DNA of 32,000 nt from Methanococcus maripaludis (GTDB lineage: Archaea; AGJL01; Methanococci; Methanococcales; Methanococcaceae). A program made the translations under genes and the position numbers. Location of the stretch: positions 1,590,001 to 1,622,000 of the forward strand of contig NZ_CP026606.1 in the NCBI RefSeq assembly GCF_002945325.1, read 5' to 3'. Below the pieces are notes generated by a model. It was not told the DNA's origin and did no database searches. It saw nothing but the letters and a program-made list of their open reading frames with translations. Numbering within the stretch: the first letter of the stretch is position 1; every line of letters starts with the position of its first letter. Of the stretch, positions 20,171 through 28,799 are shown piece by piece.

Positions 20171-20845
20171 ATGGAAAAAAACTTTAAAATACAATATTTT
20201 GAAAAATATGGTGGTGGGCATCTACCTTCAAAAAAATATCTAATTGATATTCTAAGCAAACTACCTAAAAATGCGAAAGTTTTAGATGTGGGCTGTGGAA
20301 AAGGTACATATCTCAAAGAAATTCATAAAATCCGGCCTGATTTACTATTGCATGCTGTTGATATTGGGGATGTTCAAGAATATTTGGCAGATTATATCTT
20401 ATTTAAAAAATCCTGTGGAGATAATCTACCATTTAGCGATGAAATGTTTGATTTTGTGTTTTGTTTACATGTGTTAGAGCATGTTCAGAACCCCCATGAG
20501 TTTATGATTGAATTTAATCGGGTTTTAAAAAAAGATGGTTTTACTTATATCGAAATGCCATATTATAAAAGAGCATATATTCCAGATGGAAATATGAATT
20601 TTTGGAGTGATCCTACACACATACGACCATACAATCATAATTCCGTGGATAAGCTTTTAATCGAAAATGGTTTTGAAACTTTAAAAATAAAACTTTGGAG
20701 GGACTGGATCCCTATTTTTTTAGGCCCTTATTTAATACTAAAAAGGATATTATTCAATGATATGGATGCCCTATCGACATTTTTTGCAAATTTATATGGT
20801 TGTGCAATAGGTGGGTTGGGAAAAAAGGTAAAAAACATTAAATAA
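20171..20845 (+). CDS. Class I SAM-dependent methyltransferase
   Basis: Motif I VLDVGCGKGTY, followed by FDFVFCLHVLEHV, typical of Methyltransf_11-type enzymes. Confidence 0.8.
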   Translation: MEKNFKIQYFEKYGGGHLPSKKYLIDILSKLPKNAKVLDVGCGKGTYLKEIHKIRPDLLLHAVDIGDVQEYLADYILFKKSCGDNLPFSDEMFDFVFCLHVLEHVQNPHEFMIEFNRVLKKDGFTYIEMPYYKRAYIPDGNMNFWSDPTHIRPYNHNSVDKLLIENGFETLKIKLWRDWIPIFLGPYLILKRILFNDMDALSTFFANLYGCAIGGLGKKVKNIK

Positions 20846-20862
20846 AAAATTTTGGGAATATT

Positions 20863-21921
20863 ATGAAAGTATTAATAATCGCTCTTTCGGGAATTGGAAA
20901 TTTAATAATGGCATTTCCAATGATAAACGAATTTAAAAAAAAGTACCCTGATTCAGAAGTAAATTTTTTAGTATCTCCTCGCGGAACAAAAGAACTTCTG
21001 GATGGTCAAGATTTTGTAAATAATATCTTCACGCTTGATTCAGAATTAATATTAGATCTATTCTTAAAGAATAAATCCAAAAAGTTAATCTCTCAATTAA
21101 ACGGGGATAATTACGATCATACAATCACAATATACCCCTCACAGGGGATATTTTCCGCCATTTTAATGAAATTAATTAATTCCAAAAATAGAATCCAGCA
21201 CAAATATAATTTTAAAGTTTTTAAAGACATAGGATAGTTTTTGACATATTCTCCAAAAATAAAAGATAATCACAGCGTATTTGTAAATTTGGATTTACTG
21301 GACGATTTAAGTTTAACCTGCAATGCTGAAGATTTAACCTATAATTATAATTTAAAAAATGAAAGTGTTAAATTCGCCAATGAATTTTTTGTAGAAAACG
21401 AATTAAAAGATAAATTTGTTATCGGTATCCATCCTGGTGGAAAAAATGACCTGATTTGGAAGAGGTGGGACATCAAAAACTGGCAAAATCAGATTGAATT
21501 ATTCGAAAAAAATTATTCGAATAAAATTAAATTCTTAATATTTCTAGGACCTGATGAAAAAGAATATGAAATTTATTTTAAAGATTTTAAGAGTGCAGTA
21601 ATCGTAAAAGACGTTTCTTTACAAAATACAATCTCATTAATAAGCAAGTGTGGTTATTTTATTGGTAACGACAGCGGTTTGTCTCATTGTGCATCGTTAT
21701 TTAAAATTCCACAAAGCGTAATTTTTGGAGGAACAAGTTACGTACACACCGCCCCCTTTTCAGATAAAGTCAATTTAATACTTCCAAAAAATTATGATGT
21801 ATTTTATATTCCTTATTATGGATTTATAAAAAAGCCAGTGAATTTGCTGGTAAATTTAAAGGCTGAAACCGTATTTAAATCGGTATGCTCCCACATGAAT
21901 TCTTTAAATTTACTCAAATAA
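20863..21921 (+). pseudogene. GT9 (heptosyltransferase-family) gene interrupted by a single in-frame TAG at 21235-21237
   Basis: ORFs 20863-21237 and 21241-21921 are in the same frame, separated only by TAG-TTT. The N-terminal part has the GT9 start (MKVLIIALSGIGNLIMAFPMI). The C-terminal part has GIHPGG...KRW and GNDSGLSHCA. The combined length of about 352 aa equals a full GT9. Confidence 0.75.
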
Positions 21922-23178
21922 TTCCATAAATTTTTCATAATAGTCATAATCTTCTAATTTCTGTTCTGTTAAAACATCTTCCCTATATCCAGTTATTTCT
22001 TTTACAAAGTTTTCAACTGTCGGTTTGGTATATATGCCACATTTTAACCAATCTATGACTTCAGGGATTCCTCCCCTATCGCTTCCGATGACGTGGCATC
22101 CATTATACGCCCCTTCTAAAACAACCCTACCAAAAGGTTCATGCCAAAGGGATGGAACCAACAAAATATCGGCTGCTCGGTAATAATCTTTAAGTTCTGA
22201 AATTGATAAATATCCAAGATATATTAAATTGTCCTGTTTTTTTTTCAAAAATAGCTCTTTTAAAACCCCGTTTCCAATAACAATAAACAAATGCTCTTTT
22301 AATTTCTCAGAAAGATCACTTAACATATGGGCTCCTTTTTCTTCTGTAAGACTACCTGCATATAAAACAATTTTTTTATTTTCAGGTAAATTTAATAACG
22401 ATCTTGCTTCTTTTTTGGACAATTTGGATACAATGTCGTCAGATATTGGGTTATATATAACTTTTATTTTATTTTTATCGACATTTAGCACATCAATATA
22501 TTTTTCTTTAACAAAGTTACTTATCGCGATCAAAAAATCGAAAGAAGACAGAACGGATGTTTTATTAATTCTTTTTTTCATTTCATGCTCTAGAATTTTG
22601 TTTACTGTACCTTCAGTACCCATACATGCATTTAAATTATTTAGTGAGCACCCCTCACAGAGGCCCCCTGATTTATTTAAGCCCCTATTATAACAAAATA
22701 GGCCAAAATCTCTCAAATGAGCAATTTTTTTGGCAGATGTATTTATTGGACCAACTGCCAAAATGGATTCTAAATTATTGGCATGAATCACGTCAAATTT
22801 CTCATTTTTTAAAATTTTTTTTACCCATTTTCTTAGTTCATATGTTGAATATCTAACGTAATGATTTAAAAATGTGTAAAATATGGGTTTTGTTTTTTTG
22901 TAGACTTCATGGGAAGTTTTTTCTCTTTTTTTGAATAAAAAATGTCTAAACGACCCAAATCTTATGATTTTTAGGTTATTTTTTTTGTCAATTTTTGTTT
23001 TGGGCGAACTATAATTTGGGGTTAACACTACAACTTCATGGCCTTTTTTTACGAGATTATCAACTAATATTTTTAGACTTATCTCTGCTCCACCCATGAC
23101 ATATGGCGGAAAATATTCTGCAACAAACAGGAATTTCATAAAATCACTTAATGTATATATTTGTTTTCTTTTAACCAT
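21910..23178 (-). CDS. Glycosyltransferase, GT4 family
   Basis: FVAEYFPPYVMGGAEISLKILVDNLVKKGHEV is a GT4 N-terminus. The C-terminal PSLWHEPFGRVVLEGAYNGCHVIGSDRGGIPEV is the EX7E region. The start is ATG at 23178 or at 23139 (MKFLFVAEY); the latter avoids overlap with hldD. Confidence 0.8.
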   Translation of the reverse strand: MVKRKQIYTLSDFMKFLFVAEYFPPYVMGGAEISLKILVDNLVKKGHEVVVLTPNYSSPKTKIDKKNNLKIIRFGSFRHFLFKKREKTSHEVYKKTKPIFYTFLNHYVRYSTYELRKWVKKILKNEKFDVIHANNLESILAVGPINTSAKKIAHLRDFGLFCYNRGLNKSGGLCEGCSLNNLNACMGTEGTVNKILEHEMKKRINKTSVLSSFDFLIAISNFVKEKYIDVLNVDKNKIKVIYNPISDDIVSKLSKKEARSLLNLPENKKIVLYAGSLTEEKGAHMLSDLSEKLKEHLFIVIGNGVLKELFLKKKQDNLIYLGYLSISELKDYYRAADILLVPSLWHEPFGRVVLEGAYNGCHVIGSDRGGIPEVIDWLKCGIYTKPTVENFVKEITGYREDVLTEQKLEDYDYYEKFMELFE

Positions 23179-24068
23179 GTAGTATAATCTCGAACTGCAT
23201 CTTCAAAATTCCATCTGGGTGTGTATCCTAAATAATTTTCCGTACGGGTTAGATCTGCCTGAGTAAAATCTTGGTAAAACTCTGCATAGGTGTTTTCTAT
23301 ATATTCGGGTTCGTAATTAAACCCTAAAATTTCATTTAAAGTATTAACAATATGATTAAATGAAACTGCAGTGCCATTCCCTGCATTCACAATACAACTT
23401 TCTTTCGCATGTTGTGCTAATAAATTTGCCCGAACAATGTTTTTAACATAAACTTGGTCTCTTTGCTGTTCTCCCCATTTGAATATTTTTGGATTTTTTC
23501 CTTCAATCATCTGTTTTGTTATTTGCCAAATCATTGAAGCCATTTTGCCCTTGTACTGTTCTCGAGGTCCAAAAACATTAAAATACCTTAATCCAACAAT
23601 ATGGTTTTCAGGATATTTTTCCATATATTTTTTAGCAATGCAGTCACAAGCCCATTTTGAAAAACCGTATACATTGTTTGGTTTTCCAGCATATTCTTCT
23701 TTTTGAGGAGATACTGCATCCCCATATGTGGCTGCAGAAGATGCGTAAACAAACTTCACGTTATTGGTTACAGCAAAGTTTAGAAGTTTCTTAAATCCAT
23801 CTGTATTTATTCGCATCATTAATTCTTGATCATGTACTGTGGTATCAGTTATCGCAGCTTGGTGAAATATTATATCCACATCTTTAACAATATCTTCAGT
23901 AACATCAAGTATATTTCCAGAGATAACTTCCCCTTCAAACCCGATAAGATTTTTAAAGTGCCCTGATGAAAAATCATCTAAAACTAACACTTCATAGTTT
24001 TTGTTTTGTAATTCTAATGCTAGATTGGAACCTATAAATCCTGCACCGCCAGTTACCAGAGCTTTCAT
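23148..24068 (-). CDS. hldD: ADP-L-glycero-D-manno-heptose 6-epimerase
   Basis: VTGGAGFIGSN, YASSAATYG, YGFSK (YxxxK), RYFNVFGPREQYKGKMASM and FTQADLT follow my recollection of E. coli HldD almost motif for motif. The ATG at 24068 has GGTGAT 3 nt upstream. The ORF-track start at 24128 is probably too long. Confidence 0.9.
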   Translation of the reverse strand: MKALVTGGAGFIGSNLALELQNKNYEVLVLDDFSSGHFKNLIGFEGEVISGNILDVTEDIVKDVDIIFHQAAITDTTVHDQELMMRINTDGFKKLLNFAVTNNVKFVYASSAATYGDAVSPQKEEYAGKPNNVYGFSKWACDCIAKKYMEKYPENHIVGLRYFNVFGPREQYKGKMASMIWQITKQMIEGKNPKIFKWGEQQRDQVYVKNIVRANLLAQHAKESCIVNAGNGTAVSFNHIVNTLNEILGFNYEPEYIENTYAEFYQDFTQADLTRTENYLGYTPRWNFEDAVRDYTTWLKENKYIH

Positions 24069-24081
24069 TTTATCACCAAAT

Positions 24082-25131
24082 TTATAGTTTTGATTCATCA
24101 ACTGATTTTTGTATTGTATCAAAAACATCTTCGACAGTTATGTTTTCCATGCATTTTTTTCCATAGGGGCATGGTTTTGGAAATTTTCCCCATAGATCAT
24201 AACAAGGACTGCATCCAACCTGTTTCCAGAGGAATGTACTTTTTTTATGTAATGGGGCTTTTTCACAAGGGTGTGTGGGGCCGAAAATGCTTAAAACTTT
24301 TTTATTAACTGATGCCGCCAAATGCATGGGGCCGCTGTCGTTACATACAACAATATTACATTTTTTTAACAAAGCTGCACTCTGTTTCAATGTAGTTTTT
24401 CCGATTGCAGAAACACAGGTATTTTTTTTAAAAATCTGTTTTTCTAGTTCTTTATCTGTATTTCCACCAATTAATAATACTTCAAATCCTTTTTCGTTTA
24501 GATTACTTATTAATTCAATATAATTTTCGTTACTCCACCGCCTTAAATCGTCATCACCAACGCCAATGTTTTTAGCGCCTCCTGGGCAGATACCCACAAC
24601 TAATTTACTATTTAGTGAATTCTCATTCCAAAAATTATCTGCAAAGTCCATATCATTTTTATCCAGAAATAAATCCATATTACAATTTTTATGTTCTGAA
24701 TTGATTCCTAATCCTTTTATTAGATCTAAATAATAAAAAATTTCGTGTTTTCTTCCAAAGTACGGAACTTGATATGTCAAAAATTTTCCTTCATTAAATC
24801 TATCAAAACCTATCCTTTTTTTAATTCCAAACAGCAATGAGGTGAAATTAAAAATCAAGTGTTTATCCAAAACAAAAACAACGTCGTAATTTTCTTTTCT
24901 AATTTTAAAAATTAGATTTATCCAGTCAAAAAAACGTTTTTTGAAAAATATATCTTCATCAAATGTGATTGTGTTATCCAAATAACAATTTCCTTTCAAA
25001 ACTTCATGGGAATAATTTCCAATTAAATAGTGAAGTTTTGCATCAGGAAAATTATCTTTTAAATTCTTAATCAATGGGGTAGTCATTAATGTGTCGCCTA
25101 TTGCCCCAATTTTGAATAATAATATTTTCAC
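24082..25131 (-). CDS. GT9-family glycosyltransferase (ADP-heptose-dependent heptosyltransferase homologue)
   Basis: MKILLFKIGAIGDTLMTTPLI, ICPGGAKN...RRW, CNDSGPMHLAASV and a C-terminal CSPC-x10-C-x5-CM cluster. GTG start. Confidence 0.85.
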   Translation of the reverse strand: MKILLFKIGAIGDTLMTTPLIKNLKDNFPDAKLHYLIGNYSHEVLKGNCYLDNTITFDEDIFFKKRFFDWINLIFKIRKENYDVVFVLDKHLIFNFTSLLFGIKKRIGFDRFNEGKFLTYQVPYFGRKHEIFYYLDLIKGLGINSEHKNCNMDLFLDKNDMDFADNFWNENSLNSKLVVGICPGGAKNIGVGDDDLRRWSNENYIELISNLNEKGFEVLLIGGNTDKELEKQIFKKNTCVSAIGKTTLKQSAALLKKCNIVVCNDSGPMHLAASVNKKVLSIFGPTHPCEKAPLHKKSTFLWKQVGCSPCYDLWGKFPKPCPYGKKCMENITVEDVFDTIQKSVDESKL

Positions 25132-25191
25132 AGTTTCACGTCTTATAGTGTATTACTTCTATTTTAAAGTAAAGTTTAGGTTTTTCTAAGA

Positions 25192-26343
25192 TTAACACTC
25201 GGGTAATTTTGGATCGTTAAAATCACCAGTTACCGAATTAAGAACATCGTTTACTTCGATTAGGTCCATGCATTTTCCATCTAATTTGCATTTTTCAAAT
25301 TTTCCTTCGTGGACATTTATACACGGGGAACATTTTAGATTTTCTGCATTATATAATGCGATATTTTGTTTACCGAATGGGGCAAACCGTTCGGGTAAGT
25401 TGGGGCCGAATAATCCAACTGTTTTAGTACCCATTGCTGCAGCAAGGTGCATTGGCCCTGTATCATTTGAAATAAATACGTTAAATTTTGTTAATAAGTA
25501 AGAAAATTCTCTTAAATTTGTTTTGGAAGCAAAATTATATATTTTATTTTTAAATTTTTTATTAACTAGTTTTAAAACTTCTTTATTTATTATATTGTCA
25601 CTACCGCTACCCGTTAGTACAACATAATATCCTTTTTCAATTAAATTTTCGATTAATTTGGCAAAATTTTCTTTTTTCCACGTTCTCCAGGGTGCAGTTT
25701 CCGCAGTACCGCAGTGGATTCCAATTAATGGTTTATCATGTAAGGAATACTCTTTTAATAATATATTAACCTTTTTTTGGTCTTGAATTGTATAGTTTAA
25801 AGGAATTAATTTTTTAGGCAAATCGCTGTCAATAAACGGCCCTGATAGATTACAAAAATTATAAACTGCATGAATTTTGTCGTCATATTTTATTTTAAAA
25901 TCATAAAGTTTATCTCTACCAAGTCCTTTAAATCCGATCGTATTTTTGCCTAAAAACCACCCTAATATGGCAGATATGTTAAAATAAGGTTCTGTATCTA
26001 TAACTACATCGTATTCTTTAAATTTTTTTAGAATTTCCCAAAAATTTTCCAATTCAAAAATTTCATCAATAAAATCAACATTTTCAAAAACGCTTTTACT
26101 CCTTTTCGTAGTTAAGATTGTTATTTTAGTAATTTCTTTTTCACAGGGATTTTTAGAATATTTAACGGCATTAATCAATGGTAGGGTTAAAATACTTTCA
26201 CCCAGTGTCCATAACCTAATAATTAGTATATTATGTTTTTTGGAAATATGGGGCTGTTTTTTTGATTTTAGCAGGCATAATGAATAAATAATAACATTTC
26301 CAAAGTATTTGTCAATATTTCGCATGAATGGAATCAAATTCAT
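25192..26343 (-). CDS. GT9-family glycosyltransferase (heptosyltransferase homologue) with an N-terminal extension
   Basis: IHCGTAETAPWRTW, SNDTGPMHLAAAMGTKTVGLFGP and CSPC-x10-C-x5-CM. The ATG lies 4 nt after the gmhB stop. Confidence 0.85.
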   Translation of the reverse strand: MNLIPFMRNIDKYFGNVIIYSLCLLKSKKQPHISKKHNILIIRLWTLGESILTLPLINAVKYSKNPCEKEITKITILTTKRSKSVFENVDFIDEIFELENFWEILKKFKEYDVVIDTEPYFNISAILGWFLGKNTIGFKGLGRDKLYDFKIKYDDKIHAVYNFCNLSGPFIDSDLPKKLIPLNYTIQDQKKVNILLKEYSLHDKPLIGIHCGTAETAPWRTWKKENFAKLIENLIEKGYYVVLTGSGSDNIINKEVLKLVNKKFKNKIYNFASKTNLREFSYLLTKFNVFISNDTGPMHLAAAMGTKTVGLFGPNLPERFAPFGKQNIALYNAENLKCSPCINVHEGKFEKCKLDGKCMDLIEVNDVLNSVTGDFNDPKLPEC

Positions 26344-26347
26344 AAGA

Positions 26348-26854
26348 TTACCTATTTTTTTCTATAATTTCAACGCATTCAACTAGATTTTTGCCCATAA
26401 AATCTCCAAAGTGCTGTTTTAAATTATCACAAATCATTATAGTTTTGCAGCCTACGCTTTTTCCACATAAAATATCACTTTTACTATCTCCAATCATCCA
26501 GCTTTTGTTAAAATCGATGTCCAATTTTTCTTTGGCATCATATAACATTTTATTTTCAGGTTTTCTACAATTACAGGTTCCATTTAAGTGAGGGCAGTAA
26601 AATATATCGTCGATTTCAGGAAGTTCCTTTAACATATGTTCGTGGACTTTTAAGAGGTCTTTTTCAGACATTATACCTTTTCCAATACCCTGCTGGTTTG
26701 TGATAACAACCAGTAAATACCCTAACTCTTTTAGTTTTTGCAATGCGATTTTGACTCCTTCGAGTATTTCAAACTCCGAAATTGATTTAACATAATCATT
26801 TTCAAGTTTTTTATTAATCACTCCGTCACGGTCTAAAAAAACGGTTTTACTCAT
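26348..26854 (-). CDS. gmhB: D-glycero-D-manno-heptose 1,7-bisphosphate phosphatase (HAD family)
   Basis: HAD motif I FLDRDGVIN, VITNQ, the Zn-binding CPH...C.CRKP loop, and GDSKSD. The ATG at 26854 has GGAGAT 4 nt upstream and overlaps the hldA 3' end by 8 nt. Confidence 0.88.
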   Translation of the reverse strand: MSKTVFLDRDGVINKKLENDYVKSISEFEILEGVKIALQKLKELGYLLVVITNQQGIGKGIMSEKDLLKVHEHMLKELPEIDDIFYCPHLNGTCNCRKPENKMLYDAKEKLDIDFNKSWMIGDSKSDILCGKSVGCKTIMICDNLKQHFGDFMGKNLVECVEIIEKNR

Positions 26855-27767
26855 GGGTATCTCCAAAAAGTTCCTCTAAGGTTACCGTGGCAGTGCCTGA
26901 TTTTGAAACCACTATTGAACTTGCCCGATTTGCAAGTTTTACTGCATCTATTAATTCATAACCTTTATCTATTGCGTAAGCGAGTGTGGCGATAAATGTG
27001 TCTCCGGCACCAGATACATCGTGAACATCTCTTACTTTTCCACAGATATGTTCGATTTTTCTATCTTTTGTGAATACACTAACTCCTTTTTCGCTTCTAG
27101 TAATCACGAAATTGGAGTTAAATCTTTCAACCAGTTCTAAACCTGCAGACTCAACGGAATCGTCGTTATTTATTATTTCCCTTCCAAGGATTTTTGAAGC
27201 TTCAAAAAGATTTGGTTTTATCAAATAAACATCATTATACATATTGATGTTTTCCGGTTTTGGGTCAACGAGTATTTTACCTTTAAATTCCTGTTTAAGT
27301 TCTGAAATAAGATTTTGAGTTAATAATCCTTTATTATAATCAGAAATTATTAAAACTGATGAATCATTTAAATTTTTGAAATTGGAGATTATTTCATTGA
27401 TAATACTGTTCGAAAAAGCTTTTTTTTCTTCATAATCTGCCCTTAAAAGTTGTTGATTGTAACCCACTGCAACAAATCGATGTTTTAAAATGGTTGGGCG
27501 TCCATCTGATACGAATTTATAAGTTATACAATTTTCATCACAGATTTCTGCTATTTTTTTTCCAAATTCATCATTTAAATTAGCAGAACTAATCAAAAGA
27601 ACAGGATGTTTTAAAAAAGCAATGTTGTTTGCGACGTTTCCTGCGCCTCCAATGGCATATTTTTTGTTCAAAACATTTAAAATTGGAACTGGAGCTTCAG
27701 GATTTATTCTTTCAACTTTTCCATAAGTATATTTATCAAGCATTACGTCTCCTAACACCGTTATCAT
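26847..27767 (-). CDS. hldA: D-glycero-beta-D-manno-heptose 7-phosphate kinase (stand-alone HldE domain I, PfkB family)
   Basis: VLGDVMLDKYTYGKVERINPEAPVPIL is the RfaE/HldE domain I signature. GGAGNVANN, and the PfkB anion-hole motif DVSGAGDTF. The ATG at 27767 lies 1 nt after the hldC stop. Confidence 0.9.
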   Translation of the reverse strand: MITVLGDVMLDKYTYGKVERINPEAPVPILNVLNKKYAIGGAGNVANNIAFLKHPVLLISSANLNDEFGKKIAEICDENCITYKFVSDGRPTILKHRFVAVGYNQQLLRADYEEKKAFSNSIINEIISNFKNLNDSSVLIISDYNKGLLTQNLISELKQEFKGKILVDPKPENINMYNDVYLIKPNLFEASKILGREIINNDDSVESAGLELVERFNSNFVITRSEKGVSVFTKDRKIEHICGKVRDVHDVSGAGDTFIATLAYAIDKGYELIDAVKLANRASSIVVSKSGTATVTLEELFGDTHE

Positions 27768-27768
27768 G

Positions 27769-28248
27769 TTAAACACCTTTTAAAATGGAAGATACAATAT
27801 TTGTGGTGGAAAAACCATCTACTAAATTTATAATTTTTATTTTTCCACCATATTCTAAAATTATTTTTGATTCAGGAAGACTTTCTATCGTATAGTCCCC
27901 TCCCTTTACATGAACATCTGGTTTAATTAGTGATATAAGATTGAGCGGGGTTTCTTCATCAAATGAAATTACAAAATCAACAGGTTTAATTGAATTCAAT
28001 ACTTCGATTCTGGATTCAAGTGGGATAACCGGTCTTGATGATCCTTTTATTTTTTTAATCGACAAATCTGAGTTTATACCAACGATTAAAATGTCTCCAA
28101 ATTTTTTAGCTTCTGAAAGATATTTAACGTGGCCTTTATGGAGTATGTCAAAACATCCATTGGTAAATACTATTTTTAAGTTATTTTTTCTTAGATCTTT
28201 AATTAAATCCTGCAATAAATCTTTATTTGATATAATCACTATTATCAC
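27769..28248 (-). CDS. hldC: D-glycero-beta-D-manno-heptose 1-phosphate adenylyltransferase (stand-alone HldE domain II)
   Basis: [26 protein letters not shown]...KG..RP and KGGDY...STT match HldE domain II. The GTG start forms a GTGA overlap with the gmhA stop. Confidence 0.88.
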   Translation of the reverse strand: MIIVIISNKDLLQDLIKDLRKNNLKIVFTNGCFDILHKGHVKYLSEAKKFGDILIVGINSDLSIKKIKGSSRPVIPLESRIEVLNSIKPVDFVISFDEETPLNLISLIKPDVHVKGGDYTIESLPESKIILEYGGKIKIINLVDGFSTTNIVSSILKGV

Positions 28249-28799
28249 ATCAATTTTTTTTCAACTTCTTCGCAAATAACATGATAAATAGTTAAATGAC
28301 ACTCCTGAACTCTTGGAGTATTATTCGAAGGAACTATTAATGGTATATCAACTAAATTATTTAGTTTTCCGCCGTCTTTTCCCAAAAGTCCAATCGTGTA
28401 TAATCCTTTATTTTTAGCAAGGTTTACTGCATTTATCACATTTTCTGAATTTCCACTGGTCGAAATTCCAATTAATATATCGCCAACAGTGCCTAATGCT
28501 TCAACCTGACGTTCAAATATTTTTTCAAATCCGTAATCATTTCCAATGGCAGTTAATATGGAAGTATCAGTACTTAATGCAATTGCAGGATATCCTTTTC
28601 GTTTTAATTTGTATCTTCCAACAATTTCGGCAGCAAAATGTTGTGAATCTGCAGCACTTCCCCCATTGCCACAAATTAATATTTTATTTCCATTTTTTAA
28701 TGCATTTACAATTATATTTATGGCATCAATTAATTTATGTTCATTTTTTGATATAAAGTCTAATTTTACTTTTGAACTTTCTTCAAAATATGTTTTCAT
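28245..28799 (-). CDS. gmhA: Phosphoheptose isomerase (sedoheptulose-7-phosphate isomerase, SIS domain)
   Basis: [34 protein letters not shown] and QECHL are GmhA hallmarks. GGTGGA lies just upstream of the ATG. Confidence 0.92.
   Translation of the reverse strand: MKTYFEESSKVKLDFISKNEHKLIDAINIIVNALKNGNKILICGNGGSAADSQHFAAEIVGRYKLKRKGYPAIALSTDTSILTAIGNDYGFEKIFERQVEALGTVGDILIGISTSGNSENVINAVNLAKNKGLYTIGLLGKDGGKLNNLVDIPLIVPSNNTPRVQECHLTIYHVICEEVEKKLM

Noticed and set aside
21235-21237. The in-frame TAG in the GT9 gene could encode pyrrolysine.
   Set aside because: Pyrrolysine decoding is known from Methanosarcinales-type methanogens with pylTSBCD and methylamine methyltransferases, not from Methanococcales. 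No pyl genes are in the window. A nonsense mutation or sequencing error is the simpler explanation; it is kept as a finding in that sense.
22240-22250. Homopolymeric T/A runs inside glycosyltransferase genes (for example the T-run near 22240) could act as slipped-strand phase-variation switches.
   Set aside because: Runs of 7-10 A/T occur throughout this AT-rich window, including in housekeeping genes and spacers. Without population sequence data there is no enrichment to point to.
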